Assembly (NCBI GenBank): GCA_964511965.1
Contig: CAZEGF010000008.1
Location: forward strand, 3,497-67,496
DNA: 64,000 nt
Direction of reading: 5' to 3'
Origin: an uncultured Gammaproteobacteria bacterium
Lineage (GTDB): Bacteria > Patescibacteriota > Microgenomatia > Levybacterales > GWA1-39-11
Shown here: positions 39,187 through 47,767 of the stretch, piece after piece
How the letters are laid out: each line of letters begins with the position of its first letter
Numbering within the stretch: the first letter of the stretch is position 1
Program-made: the position numbers and the translations under genes
The notes under the pieces: model-generated
Told to the model about the DNA's origin: nothing
What the model saw: the letters and a program-made list of their open reading frames with translations, nothing else
Databases searched by the model: none

Positions 39187-39203
39187 CCTCTTCTCGCTGG
39201 CGA

Positions 39204-39286
39204 GGGATGGAGGTGGGACTGCAGCCCGCCATCTATCCCATGCAAATCAATTCAACCCTAAGGGCCGCGTTCATCGCGGCCCTTTC
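39204..39286 (+). terminator. Two tandem GC-rich 3' hairpins, the second terminator-like
   Basis: GGGATGGAGGTGGG...CCCGCCATCTATCCC (39204-39239); AAGGGCCGCG-TTCAT-CGCGGCCCTT (39260-39284). Confidence 0.7.
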
Positions 39287-39310
39287 CATATCTAGTTATC
39301 TTTTTTTAAC

Positions 39311-39333
39311 TAAACCCTATACCCTAAACCCTA
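39311..39333. repeat. Heptamer array (TAAACCC)
   Basis: TAAACCC TATACCC TAAACCC TA. Confidence 0.7.
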
Positions 39334-39371
39334 TTCTTCAACTCATTGTTTTGTAGTATATAATTGTGGTT

Positions 39372-40310
39372 ATGGAGTCAGAAAAGAAAGAAATTTTCCT
39401 CCTTGTTGATGGTAGCGCAATAGTTCATCGTGCCTATCACGCGATGCCATTTATTGCCAAAAAAGACGGAGCTTCAACTGGTGCAATATACGGCTTTTTC
39501 TCAATGCTTCTAAAAGTAATTCAACAACTTAACCCACAGTATATTGTCATAGCTTTTGACCGTCCAAAGCCTACATTTCGTCAACAATTGTATGTTGGGT
39601 ATCAAGCTCAACGTCCAAAAATGGAATCGGACCTATCAGATCAATTTGGCAAAATTATAGAGATTCTCCAAAAGGCAAGGATTTCAACATACGCAGTAGA
39701 CGGATACGAGGCAGATGACATTATCGGAACAGTAAGTGATGCGGCTAACAAAAAAGGAATATTTACCTATATCGTGACAGGGGATAGAGATATGCTCCAA
39801 TTAGTAGACGATGATACACAAGTATTTATGCCTATTAAGGGAATTTCAGAAGTTTCTATAATGGATGCGGAGAAAGTGCGGGAAAAATACGGTATTAAAC
39901 CATCACAGTTTATTGATCTTAAAGCACTTCAGGGTGATGCTTCAGATAATTACCCAGGAGTTGCCGGGATTGGCCCCAAAACTGCAGCAAATCTTATTAA
40001 TGAATACGGATCAGTTGAAAATATATATAAAAATCTGGACGCAATAGCAACCAAAAACAAAAAGTTAGCAGACAGACTGATAGAAGGGCATGAAGCATGT
40101 ATGATTGCCTACAAATTGGCTACAATTGTACGTGACGTTCCCTTTGTTTTTGACCTAAAAGCTTCCCGAATGGAAGAGATACAGCTTGATGACTTTAAAA
40201 ATGCGCTTATCAAAGAGGAATTTCACACATTGCCAAGAAGATTGGATGAAATTTTTGGAAAGGATGGAAAAGTGACAGACAAAGGTAAGGGACAGATGAA
40301 ACTTCTTTGA
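39372..40310 (+). CDS. Stand-alone 5'-3' exonuclease (PolA N-terminal/FEN-like)
   Basis: LVDG....RAYHA, EADDIIGT, TGDRD..QL, GD.SDNYPGV.GIGPKTA; no polymerase domain. Confidence 0.92.
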   Translation: MESEKKEIFLLVDGSAIVHRAYHAMPFIAKKDGASTGAIYGFFSMLLKVIQQLNPQYIVIAFDRPKPTFRQQLYVGYQAQRPKMESDLSDQFGKIIEILQKARISTYAVDGYEADDIIGTVSDAANKKGIFTYIVTGDRDMLQLVDDDTQVFMPIKGISEVSIMDAEKVREKYGIKPSQFIDLKALQGDASDNYPGVAGIGPKTAANLINEYGSVENIYKNLDAIATKNKKLADRLIEGHEACMIAYKLATIVRDVPFVFDLKASRMEEIQLDDFKNALIKEEFHTLPRRLDEIFGKDGKVTDKGKGQMKLL

Positions 40311-40323
40311 CGAGTCAAAGAAG

Positions 40324-40770
40324 AATTCAGAACTCAGAATTCAAATGTCAGAGCTACAATTAAGATGAAATCTAATGATCTTAAAATAAGGACATACGAT
40401 TTCTCTATTGAGATAATAAAGTTTATAAACAGTCTTCCCAATAAAAGAGCATTTTGGTCAATCGGCGATCAACTTTTGAGATCTGCTACCTCAATTGGGG
40501 CAAATATTATTGAAGCAAAAGCATCAAGTTCTAGAAAAGAATTTATAAAATATTATGAAATTGCCTTAAAATCAGCTAACGAATCAAAGTATTGGCTAAG
40601 TCTTTTGAAAGACTCTTATGGCGAACTATCAAGTCGATGCTACGAACTGTTAAATGAACTCAACGAAATTTGCAGAATGCTAAACTCAAGTGTTTTAACC
40701 TTGAAAGGAAAGAGCAAGATTTAAAGTTTTCAAGTTGCAGTTTTGAGTTCTAACATATAACATTTGAGTT
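40324..40770 (+). mobile_element. Four-helix-bundle cassette 1 bounded by inverted heptamer arrays (putative element)
   Basis: Left arm 40324-40358 and right arm 40736-40770, five units each; mobility is inferred. Confidence 0.55.
40365..40724 (+). CDS. Four helix bundle protein (TIGR02436-like)
   Basis: DQLLRSATSIGANIIEA..S.S.KEF....IALKSANE..YWL. Confidence 0.92.
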   Translation: MKSNDLKIRTYDFSIEIIKFINSLPNKRAFWSIGDQLLRSATSIGANIIEAKASSSRKEFIKYYEIALKSANESKYWLSLLKDSYGELSSRCYELLNELNEICRMLNSSVLTLKGKSKI

Positions 40771-40776
40771 AACATA

Positions 40777-41880
40777 ATGAAAGTAGCAATTGTTCACGAT
40801 TATATTAAGGAATACGGTGGGGCAGAGCGGGTTCTAGAAGCGCTTATTAAGCTCTATCCTGATGCAGATATATATACTTCTTTATACGCTCCAGAATATC
40901 TTGGACCACACAAGAAAAGATTTGAAAATTATACGATCAAAACCACCTGGCTTAACTCAATTCCTGGTAGGCACAAACTTATCTCCCCATTAAGACTTTT
41001 GTCTCCATTTGCATTTAGAAAACTAAATTTAACCCATTATGATGCGGTTATTGTTAGTCAAACCGGTGCATATTTCCCAAATCTTGTCCACCACAAAAAA
41101 GGAAAACTTATCTGTTACACTCATACCCCCCCACGATACTTATATGGCTATAAAACTGGCAGAAATATGCCAAAAAATCCCATCATAAGAGCTATGGCTG
41201 CTGTCGGATTTAACGCGCTTCGAATTGTGGATTTTAATGCTTCCAAAAATGTTGACGTATTCATCGCAAATTCTGAAGAAATAAAGGGACGAATTAAAAA
41301 GTTCTATCGCCGGGATGCATTAGTTATCTATCCTCCGGTTGCAGTTCCAAATGTAGTTGCTAATAGCTTCCAGCTAAAAACTAATAGCTACTATGTTACC
41401 GGCGGTAGACTTGCAGCTTCAAAAGGTATTGATGTAATTATCAAAGCATTTAATGAAAATGGGAAGCCACTTAAGATTTTTGGTAAAGGATTTGCTGGAA
41501 TTGAGGATGCGTTGCGCAAACTTTCACGCAAAAATATCGAATTTGTAGGGGAGGTGAGTGATGAGCAAAAGTTTGAGCTTTTAGCCAACGCAAAAGCATT
41601 TGTATTTGCTTCATACGATGAGGATTTTGGGATAACGCCTGTTGAGGCAATGGGGGTCGGAACTCCTGTTATAGCCTACGCTTCCGGTGGAGTGAAAGAG
41701 ACCGTTATTGAGGGTAAAACTGGTGTTTTTTACAACGAAAATACGCCAGAGAGTTTAAATGGAGCTATATTAAAATTTGAAAATATGACATTAAACCAAA
41801 ACGATTGTGTAGAAAGAGCTGAAAAATTCTCACAAAAGGAATTTGATAGGAAAATCAGGGAGGTAGTAGACAATGCCTGA
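40777..41880 (+). CDS. GT4 glycosyltransferase
   Basis: KVAIVHDY...GGAERV, EDFGITPVEAM..GTPVIA. Confidence 0.92.
   Translation: MKVAIVHDYIKEYGGAERVLEALIKLYPDADIYTSLYAPEYLGPHKKRFENYTIKTTWLNSIPGRHKLISPLRLLSPFAFRKLNLTHYDAVIVSQTGAYFPNLVHHKKGKLICYTHTPPRYLYGYKTGRNMPKNPIIRAMAAVGFNALRIVDFNASKNVDVFIANSEEIKGRIKKFYRRDALVIYPPVAVPNVVANSFQLKTNSYYVTGGRLAASKGIDVIIKAFNENGKPLKIFGKGFAGIEDALRKLSRKNIEFVGEVSDEQKFELLANAKAFVFASYDEDFGITPVEAMGVGTPVIAYASGGVKETVIEGKTGVFYNENTPESLNGAILKFENMTLNQNDCVERAEKFSQKEFDRKIREVVDNA
41359..41393. repeat. Heptamer array inside GT4 gene
   Basis: GCTAATA GCTTCCA GCTAAAA ACTAATA GCTACTA. Confidence 0.7.
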
Positions 41881-42739
41881 GTTGCCAGAGGTCGAGACGT
41901 TAAAATTAGGTCTTCAAAAATTTGTTAAAGGAAGGAAAATAACGGATGTTGAAGTAATTGATGCCCGTCTTTTGACTGGAGAGCCAAAGAATATTATTGG
42001 AGCAACAATAGTTGAGATAAAACGGTATGCTAAAGGAATAGTCCTCGAATTATCAAACGGCTATGATATAGCATTTCACATAAAGCTAACCGGTCAGTTA
42101 ATTTATAGAGATAAAACAAATAGAAATCTTGAAGTATTAAAACCAAAACCCACAAAAGTTCCTAATAAATATACAAGAGTTGATATTATTTTAGAAAAGG
42201 ATTCACATTTATACTTTCAAGAAGTTAGAGGTTTTGCTTGGATGAAAATTTTGCCTCATGATGAGGTCAAAAGTTTGCCATTCTTCAAAACTCTAGGTCC
42301 GGAACCATTTCCCTCACCAGGATCCGACACTCCTTTACTTACTGAAAAACTATTTGAGCAAATAGTCATGAAATCCAATTTACCAATAAAAGTATTACTT
42401 ATGGATCAGCAAAAGATCGGAGGAATAGGAAATATTTATGCAAATGACAGTTGTTTTGAGGCAAGAATTGATCCAAGGAGAAAGACATCGAGTTTAAATG
42501 AAGCAGAGATTAATATTTTGTACGAATCAATTTTAAAAGTTTTGGAAAATGCGATGAAATACAGAGGATCTTCAGAGCTCAATTTTGTTGACGTTTTGGG
42601 TCAAAAAGGAGAATACCAGCTTCATTTTCTCGTGTATGGTAAGAAAAATAAGCCTTGTAGTAGGGACGATGGGGGTATTGTTCAAAAAATCTATTTAGGT
42701 GGACGCGGAACATTTTTTTGTACCACCTGTCAAAAATAA
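41873..42739 (+). CDS. mutM: Formamidopyrimidine-DNA glycosylase
   Basis: MPELPEVET, GIGNIYA, C-terminal GRGTFFC..CQ. Confidence 0.95.
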   Translation: MPELPEVETLKLGLQKFVKGRKITDVEVIDARLLTGEPKNIIGATIVEIKRYAKGIVLELSNGYDIAFHIKLTGQLIYRDKTNRNLEVLKPKPTKVPNKYTRVDIILEKDSHLYFQEVRGFAWMKILPHDEVKSLPFFKTLGPEPFPSPGSDTPLLTEKLFEQIVMKSNLPIKVLLMDQQKIGGIGNIYANDSCFEARIDPRRKTSSLNEAEINILYESILKVLENAMKYRGSSELNFVDVLGQKGEYQLHFLVYGKKNKPCSRDDGGIVQKIYLGGRGTFFCTTCQK

Positions 42740-42740
42740 T

Positions 42741-43271
42741 CTATTTGAGTTTGCAAACAACAACTAGTGTTTGAAGGTTGGCTAAAAGAGACGTTAAGAG
42801 AATGAGAATCGAAAGGATATAGAGCTCAAGGCCATGAAAAGGGAGAAGGCTTATCATAGTTGCAATTCCAAGAACTGATGCAAAAGAAAGACCGCAGGAT
42901 GCACACCCGGCAGCAACCAGTGAAAGTAATCCAGCTCCAAAAGTGATATGAAGTCCCCCTCTTTTTTTAAGAAATTTAAGTTTTCGGAGAACCAATTCCA
43001 GATTTACTCCAAAAAGTAAAGAAATAATTATTACCAAAATTGAATCTCGAATCCCAAGAATAGAAAAAGATCCAATAAATATAATCCAGCAAATATTTAA
43101 TTTTGCTGCAAATGAATATCCCTGCGAAATAACACTTTCATATGTTCTGTAGTCAAAAAGAATAAGGGCAAAAATAAGATATATCAATCCAATTAAAATG
43201 GATTTTAATAGAAAATTACGCTGTTTTGATTCCTGGATGAGTATTCCGAGAAGGAATATGGGGTGTTTCAC
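42741..43271 (-). CDS. Membrane protein with CxxC (GCASCG)
   Basis: Four TMs; directly downstream of the DsbA-family gene. Confidence 0.7.
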   Translation of the reverse strand: MKHPIFLLGILIQESKQRNFLLKSILIGLIYLIFALILFDYRTYESVISQGYSFAAKLNICWIIFIGSFSILGIRDSILVIIISLLFGVNLELVLRKLKFLKKRGGLHITFGAGLLSLVAAGCASCGLSFASVLGIATMISLLPFHGLELYILSILILLTSLLANLQTLVVVCKLK

Positions 43272-43272
43272 C

Positions 43273-44058
43273 TTATTTTTTAGCTAATTCTTGGTCGATA
43301 ACTGCTTTTATAGAAGCATAGGGTTGTGCTCCAACTAGCTGTACTCCGTTGATGTAAAAGGTCGGAGTGCCGCTGACTCCAATTGATTGACCAAGGGCTA
43401 GATCGTCTGCCTGATTTTTATCAAGCTTTTTTGTATCCATACAAGATTTAAATTGGTCAGTATTAAGTCCAATTGCAGTAGCAGCACCTGATGTTAGATT
43501 GTCAGATGTATACATGCTGGTATCACTTTCAGGTGGTTGGTTTTTGTACAAATAATCATACATTTCCCAGAATTTACCTTGATCATTAGCGCATTCGGCA
43601 GCATTTGCAGCTACTGTTGAAGCAGGTCCTAAGAATGCATAATTTCTAAATTCAAAACTTGCTTTACCGGTATCAACGTATTCCTTTAAGATTTGTGGCT
43701 CGCTATCTGAATAAAATTTCTCGCAGAATGGACATCGAAAGTCAGCAAATTCTACAATTTTAACTTTAGCATTCTTATCCCCTTTAATCGGAAGACGGGG
43801 TGTAGCAAGTTTTTTGATAACATCAGCGGCATTTGGTGCAGCGGGTGCTCCAGGTTGTTGGGCAGCCGGAGCAGCCGGAGCCGGAGCAACAGCAACGGGT
43901 GATTTTTGCAATGCTTCAACTTTTCCAAGTAAATATCCAATAACTAAAAATGCAATAAGTAAGAGTACGTAAACAAGTTTTGAGCCAATTGTTTGGAGGG
44001 GAGTATTCATGATAATAGAGCCAATTGTCATTTTTCCAGAGGATTTACTAGATGCCAT
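43273..44058 (-). CDS. DsbA-family thioredoxin-fold protein, membrane-anchored
   Basis: EFADFRCPFC, GVSGTPTFYING; start moved to ATG 44058 after TTGACA-17-CATAGT. Confidence 0.92.
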   Translation of the reverse strand: MASSKSSGKMTIGSIIMNTPLQTIGSKLVYVLLLIAFLVIGYLLGKVEALQKSPVAVAPAPAAPAAQQPGAPAAPNAADVIKKLATPRLPIKGDKNAKVKIVEFADFRCPFCEKFYSDSEPQILKEYVDTGKASFEFRNYAFLGPASTVAANAAECANDQGKFWEMYDYLYKNQPPESDTSMYTSDNLTSGAATAIGLNTDQFKSCMDTKKLDKNQADDLALGQSIGVSGTPTFYINGVQLVGAQPYASIKAVIDQELAKK

Positions 44059-44170
44059 ATGTAACACTATGCCAGATATTTTTTTTCGTGTCAAGGCGTT
44101 ACCAAAAGCATACTTTTGGAAGTTGAGAATATATTTTGTTTTTGCTATAGTGGCAAAAGTCGAACCTAAT

Positions 44171-44878
44171 ATGTCCAATAAAAAGGAAAAAATAGTACTT
44201 TCCCTCGGTGGTTCACTCGTAGTTCCTGAAGGCGGTCTTAACGTAGCTTTTTTAAAAGATTTTAATAATTTCATTCGAAAAAGTCTCAAGAAAAATCCGG
44301 ATTTGCAGTTTTTTATAGTAGTTGGTGGTGGAACAATTGCACGGCATTACCGGGATGCTGGGGAGGAGGTTTTGGGACATGAATTAACTCATGAGGATCT
44401 TGACTGGTTAGGAATTCACGCAACAAGACTTAATGCACAACTGATCAGAACCATATTTCGCGATATCGCACACCCTCATCTTATTAAGCACTATGAAATC
44501 ATAAGAAAAGTTAATGAACCGGTTGTGGTTGCAGCAGGTTGGAAGCCTGGATGGTCTACTGATTTTTGTGCGGTTTTGGTTTGTGAAGATTATGACGTAG
44601 CAAAAATTGTTAACTTAAGTAACATAGATGCTGCATATACGAGCGATCCACGAAAAAATCCGAAAGCAAAAAAAATAGAAACCTGCACATGGAAAGAATT
44701 TAGAAAATTAGTTGGGGATAAATGGACTCCAGGAATGAATGCACCATTTGATCCAGTTGCCTCACGGCAAGCACAAGAAATGGGTCTTACAACTGTAATT
44801 TTAAAAGGAACAAACTTTACAAATCTCACAAATTACATGGAAGGAAAGAAATTTGAAGGAACTGTAGTGCAGGGCTAG
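44171..44878 (+). CDS. pyrH: UMP kinase, archaeal type
   Basis: VLSLGGS, VVGGG..AR.Y, D..GI.ATRLNA, PGWSTD; start moved to ATG 44171. Confidence 0.92.
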   Translation: MSNKKEKIVLSLGGSLVVPEGGLNVAFLKDFNNFIRKSLKKNPDLQFFIVVGGGTIARHYRDAGEEVLGHELTHEDLDWLGIHATRLNAQLIRTIFRDIAHPHLIKHYEIIRKVNEPVVVAAGWKPGWSTDFCAVLVCEDYDVAKIVNLSNIDAAYTSDPRKNPKAKKIETCTWKEFRKLVGDKWTPGMNAPFDPVASRQAQEMGLTTVILKGTNFTNLTNYMEGKKFEGTVVQG

Positions 44879-44902
44879 ACTCCGTTCAGGTTAACTTCAC
44901 GG

Positions 44903-44983
44903 AATTTTCAATTCTCAATTTCCATTTTTCAAAATTGAAAAACTGAGAACTAACTGAAAATTGTGAAATAGGAACTGAGAACT
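44903..44983. repeat. Inverted heptamer arrays with no enclosed gene
   Basis: Left AATTTTC AATTCTC AATTTCC ATTTTTC; right GAAAATT GTGAAAT AGGAACT GAGAACT. Confidence 0.75.
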
Positions 44984-44995
44984 TATAATAAATAC

Positions 44996-45814
44996 ATGTT
45001 AGAGTTTAATCCCGAAGAACTTAAGAAGTTATATATTCCCGCTTCATCTTCTCATAAAGCCCAGAATGGTAAAGTAATGTTAATTGCCGGTAGTAAATTA
45101 TTTCATGCAGCAAGTATCTGGCCTCTCACAACGATTTCCAGAATCGTTGATATGGTTTTTTACGCTTCTACTTCTGAGAATAATGAGATTGTGACTAAGA
45201 TGAAAGAGCAATTCTTAAATGGAATTGTTATCCCTCGTGAAAAAATCGATGATTATATTGCAGAGGCAGATTGTATTTTGATTGGACCTGGAATGCCGCG
45301 GGAGAGCGGTCAGCAAGAAGGGGATGATGACACGAAAATACTCACTGAGAGTCTACTCACCAAATATAAGGATAAAAAATGGGTAGTTGATGGGGGAAGT
45401 CTTCAGACAATAGATCCTTCCATATTACCACCAACAACAATCGTCACTCCCCACAAGGGAGAGTTTTTGAAGTTGTTTGGTGTAGGGCCAACTGAAATCT
45501 CAGTACCTGAAATGGCCAAAAAATATAACATCGTTATCCTTTCAAAAGGTGAAGTTGATATCGTTGCGAGCCCCAACGAAACGGTAAAAGTTAGTGGTGG
45601 AAATGCTGGTATGACAAAAGGAGGGACGGGGGATGTCCTAGCAGGGTTAACAGCCGCTTTATATTCCAAAAATGACGCCTATCTTGCCTCATGTGCTGCT
45701 TCTTATATCAATAAAAAAGCAGGAGAGAGTTTAGAAAAGAGTATGGGGCTTTACTTCAATGCTTCGGATTTATCCGATGAAATACCAAAAGTTATGAAAG
45801 AGTTGCTAGTATGA
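44996..45814 (+). CDS. nnrD: ADP-dependent NAD(P)H-hydrate dehydratase (YjeF C-terminal)
   Basis: SHK..NG.V..IAGS, IGPG, TPHKGEF, GGTGDVLAG. Confidence 0.92.
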   Translation: MLEFNPEELKKLYIPASSSHKAQNGKVMLIAGSKLFHAASIWPLTTISRIVDMVFYASTSENNEIVTKMKEQFLNGIVIPREKIDDYIAEADCILIGPGMPRESGQQEGDDDTKILTESLLTKYKDKKWVVDGGSLQTIDPSILPPTTIVTPHKGEFLKLFGVGPTEISVPEMAKKYNIVILSKGEVDIVASPNETVKVSGGNAGMTKGGTGDVLAGLTAALYSKNDAYLASCAASYINKKAGESLEKSMGLYFNASDLSDEIPKVMKELLV

Positions 45815-46308
45815 CATATGTAAAACAAATTTCTAAAGATACATTTGTTGAGAAAGATTTAGATAACTCATCGACATTTTTTTATGTAAGAGAGCTTCCT
45901 CTGAAATTCAAAATAATTTGTTCAGTATTTTATATAAATGTAATAGTTGCTGCAGTTATTTATCTCTATAGTTCTTCGTGCAGCTTAATTACAGCAAGGG
46001 GATGCGGAGTTGAAGCATTTGGGTGGATGTTATTAATTTCTCCAATTGGGTGGATTATCTATTTTTTTTCATGGGCGGGACTTGGGTCCATCTTTGCAGT
46101 ATTAATACTGGTTCTAGGTGTGGTTGGCTGGGTGTTTTATATTAAAAGAAGAATTTTTGGTCTTGTTGTAGGCTTAATCATTGCTGGATTAAACACGTTG
46201 GTGTGTTTACTATTGGTTATTACTAATCCATTATATTTGATAATGCTTGTTTTTACTATTCTCTTTATAATTACCATAGTTAAAAGTTGGGCTTATGCTA
46301 AGAATTGA
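45811..46308 (+). CDS. Hypothetical multi-TM protein
   Basis: 4-5 hydrophobic segments; ATGA overlap with upstream stop. Confidence 0.65.
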   Translation: MTYVKQISKDTFVEKDLDNSSTFFYVRELPLKFKIICSVFYINVIVAAVIYLYSSSCSLITARGCGVEAFGWMLLISPIGWIIYFFSWAGLGSIFAVLILVLGVVGWVFYIKRRIFGLVVGLIIAGLNTLVCLLLVITNPLYLIMLVFTILFIITIVKSWAYAKN

Positions 46309-46347
46309 ACTCACCAGCGATATTCCACTGGCAAGGAAAGATGTTGT

Positions 46348-47394
46348 TTACAATTCGATAATTTCTACATCTTCCTTGTCTAAAATCTTTTTAGGGACGA
46401 ATTCTTTGTGAGTAGTTGTTAAGATTGTCTGCTGATGGGGCAGTAGATCAAGGACTCTATGAATATTTGTGTTATCAAGTTCAGAAAAGATATCATCCAA
46501 AAGTAGGGTATGAGTGACGTTTGTTTTTTCCTTTATATAAAAAGTTTCAAGGATTTTCATTTGAAAGATGGTAAGACGCTGTTCTCCACGAGATCCAAAT
46601 TCGGAAATTGGCTTTTCCGTTCCTTCAAACCGAAAGAAAAAGTCATCCCTATTGGGCCCGACAAGTGTTGTAGCTGTCGCTCGCTCAGCATCATGGTACT
46701 TATCTAGCCGCTCACGAGAAATCGTACTTTTATCATAAAAAATAGTGAATGGGAAAACTTCTTTCTTGTGCTCATTAATGTACTTTACAAGTTGTTCACG
46801 AAAGTCGGTTATTATTCCTCCATTGATTATCAAAATATTGTCCCAATACTCAAAATCAGCAGGAGAAAAATACTTTTTTCCTTCGCGAGTAAGCCACAAC
46901 ATACGGTTTCTTTGCCTCAAAGCTTTATCATAAATACCAATGCTCATACGATATTTTTTGTCAGTTTGGGATAATACAGAGTTAATGTAATTGCGTCTTA
47001 GTGAAGGGGAATCAGTTATGATTTCTAAATCCTCAGGGGTAAAAAGAACAGATGGAAAGCGTGAGGTAAAATCTATTTGACGACGGGCTACATTATTTAC
47101 TAAAAATTTCTTTGAAAATCTATTCTCTTTAACTGCAAGTATTCCAGTAAGCGCTACCGTTCCATCTTCTTCTGTCACCTTTGCCTCAATTCTGGCAAAA
47201 TCATGTCCCTCGGTTATGATATCCATATCCCTCTCTGCTTTAAAACTTTTGCCATGGGACAAAAATTGGATTGCCTCTAAAATTGAGGTCTTACCAACGG
47301 TATTTCGACCTATGATTACGGTGGTTAATGGGAAGGTGAAAGTTGCGTTTTTGTGATTTCTAAAGTTCTTGAGTTTGAGAGATATAAGCGACAT
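46348..47394 (-). CDS. recF: DNA replication and repair protein RecF
   Basis: NFRN, G.N..GKTSILEAI, GP.RDD, GSRGEQR, LLLDDIFSELD. Confidence 0.95.
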   Translation of the reverse strand: MSLISLKLKNFRNHKNATFTFPLTTVIIGRNTVGKTSILEAIQFLSHGKSFKAERDMDIITEGHDFARIEAKVTEEDGTVALTGILAVKENRFSKKFLVNNVARRQIDFTSRFPSVLFTPEDLEIITDSPSLRRNYINSVLSQTDKKYRMSIGIYDKALRQRNRMLWLTREGKKYFSPADFEYWDNILIINGGIITDFREQLVKYINEHKKEVFPFTIFYDKSTISRERLDKYHDAERATATTLVGPNRDDFFFRFEGTEKPISEFGSRGEQRLTIFQMKILETFYIKEKTNVTHTLLLDDIFSELDNTNIHRVLDLLPHQQTILTTTHKEFVPKKILDKEDVEIIEL

Positions 47395-47413
47395 GTCGCT
47401 AATATATCATAAT

Positions 47414-47692
47414 TTATTTTTTCTCTTCTTTAGCCTCGAGCCGGCGGAGAACTTTGGATAATTGATACGTTACAAGGACAGCAATAATAGTTATGACAAC
47501 CGCATAAATGGCAAGTGATGTTATTTTTCCGCCCCCTGGAAGCCACTTTTTGATATATGTATCTACAAATTCTTGTATAAGAGAGTTCCAGGCAAGTGCT
47601 GCAACAAGTCCAAAAGCAGCAGTTGCTAAAGTCAGCATTTGCCTAACTAATTCGATGGTGAATTTGAGGTTTGAAGTTTTAAGTGCGGCCAT
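47414..47692 (-). CDS. DUF5654-like small membrane protein
   Basis: TAAFGLVAALAWN motif; start moved to ATG 47692. Confidence 0.8.
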   Translation of the reverse strand: MAALKTSNLKFTIELVRQMLTLATAAFGLVAALAWNSLIQEFVDTYIKKWLPGGGKITSLAIYAVVITIIAVLVTYQLSKVLRRLEAKEEKK

Positions 47693-47731
47693 ACCTTGAT
47701 ATAATACTACAAGTAAATAAATATACAACTG

Positions 47732-47766
47732 ACTAATCACTATTTACTAATCACTATTCACTAAAT
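47732..47766. repeat. Heptamer array upstream of Fic gene
   Basis: ACTAATC ACTATTT ACTAATC ACTATTC ACTAAAT; reverse-complement family of 7891-7921. Confidence 0.88.
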
Positions 47767-47767
47767 T

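Noticed and set aside
39311-39333. Plant-type telomere repeat (CCCTAAA) or eukaryotic contamination
   Set aside because: Three imperfect units in continuous bacterial sequence; better explained as one of the heptamer arrays.
43840-43900. GC-rich repeats in the DsbA-family gene
   Set aside because: Codon-periodic Pro/Ala linker, not period 7.
44009-44289. Long overlap between the divergent DsbA-family and pyrH ORFs
   Set aside because: Artefact of longest-ORF starts; plausible starts are 44058 (-) and 44171 (+).
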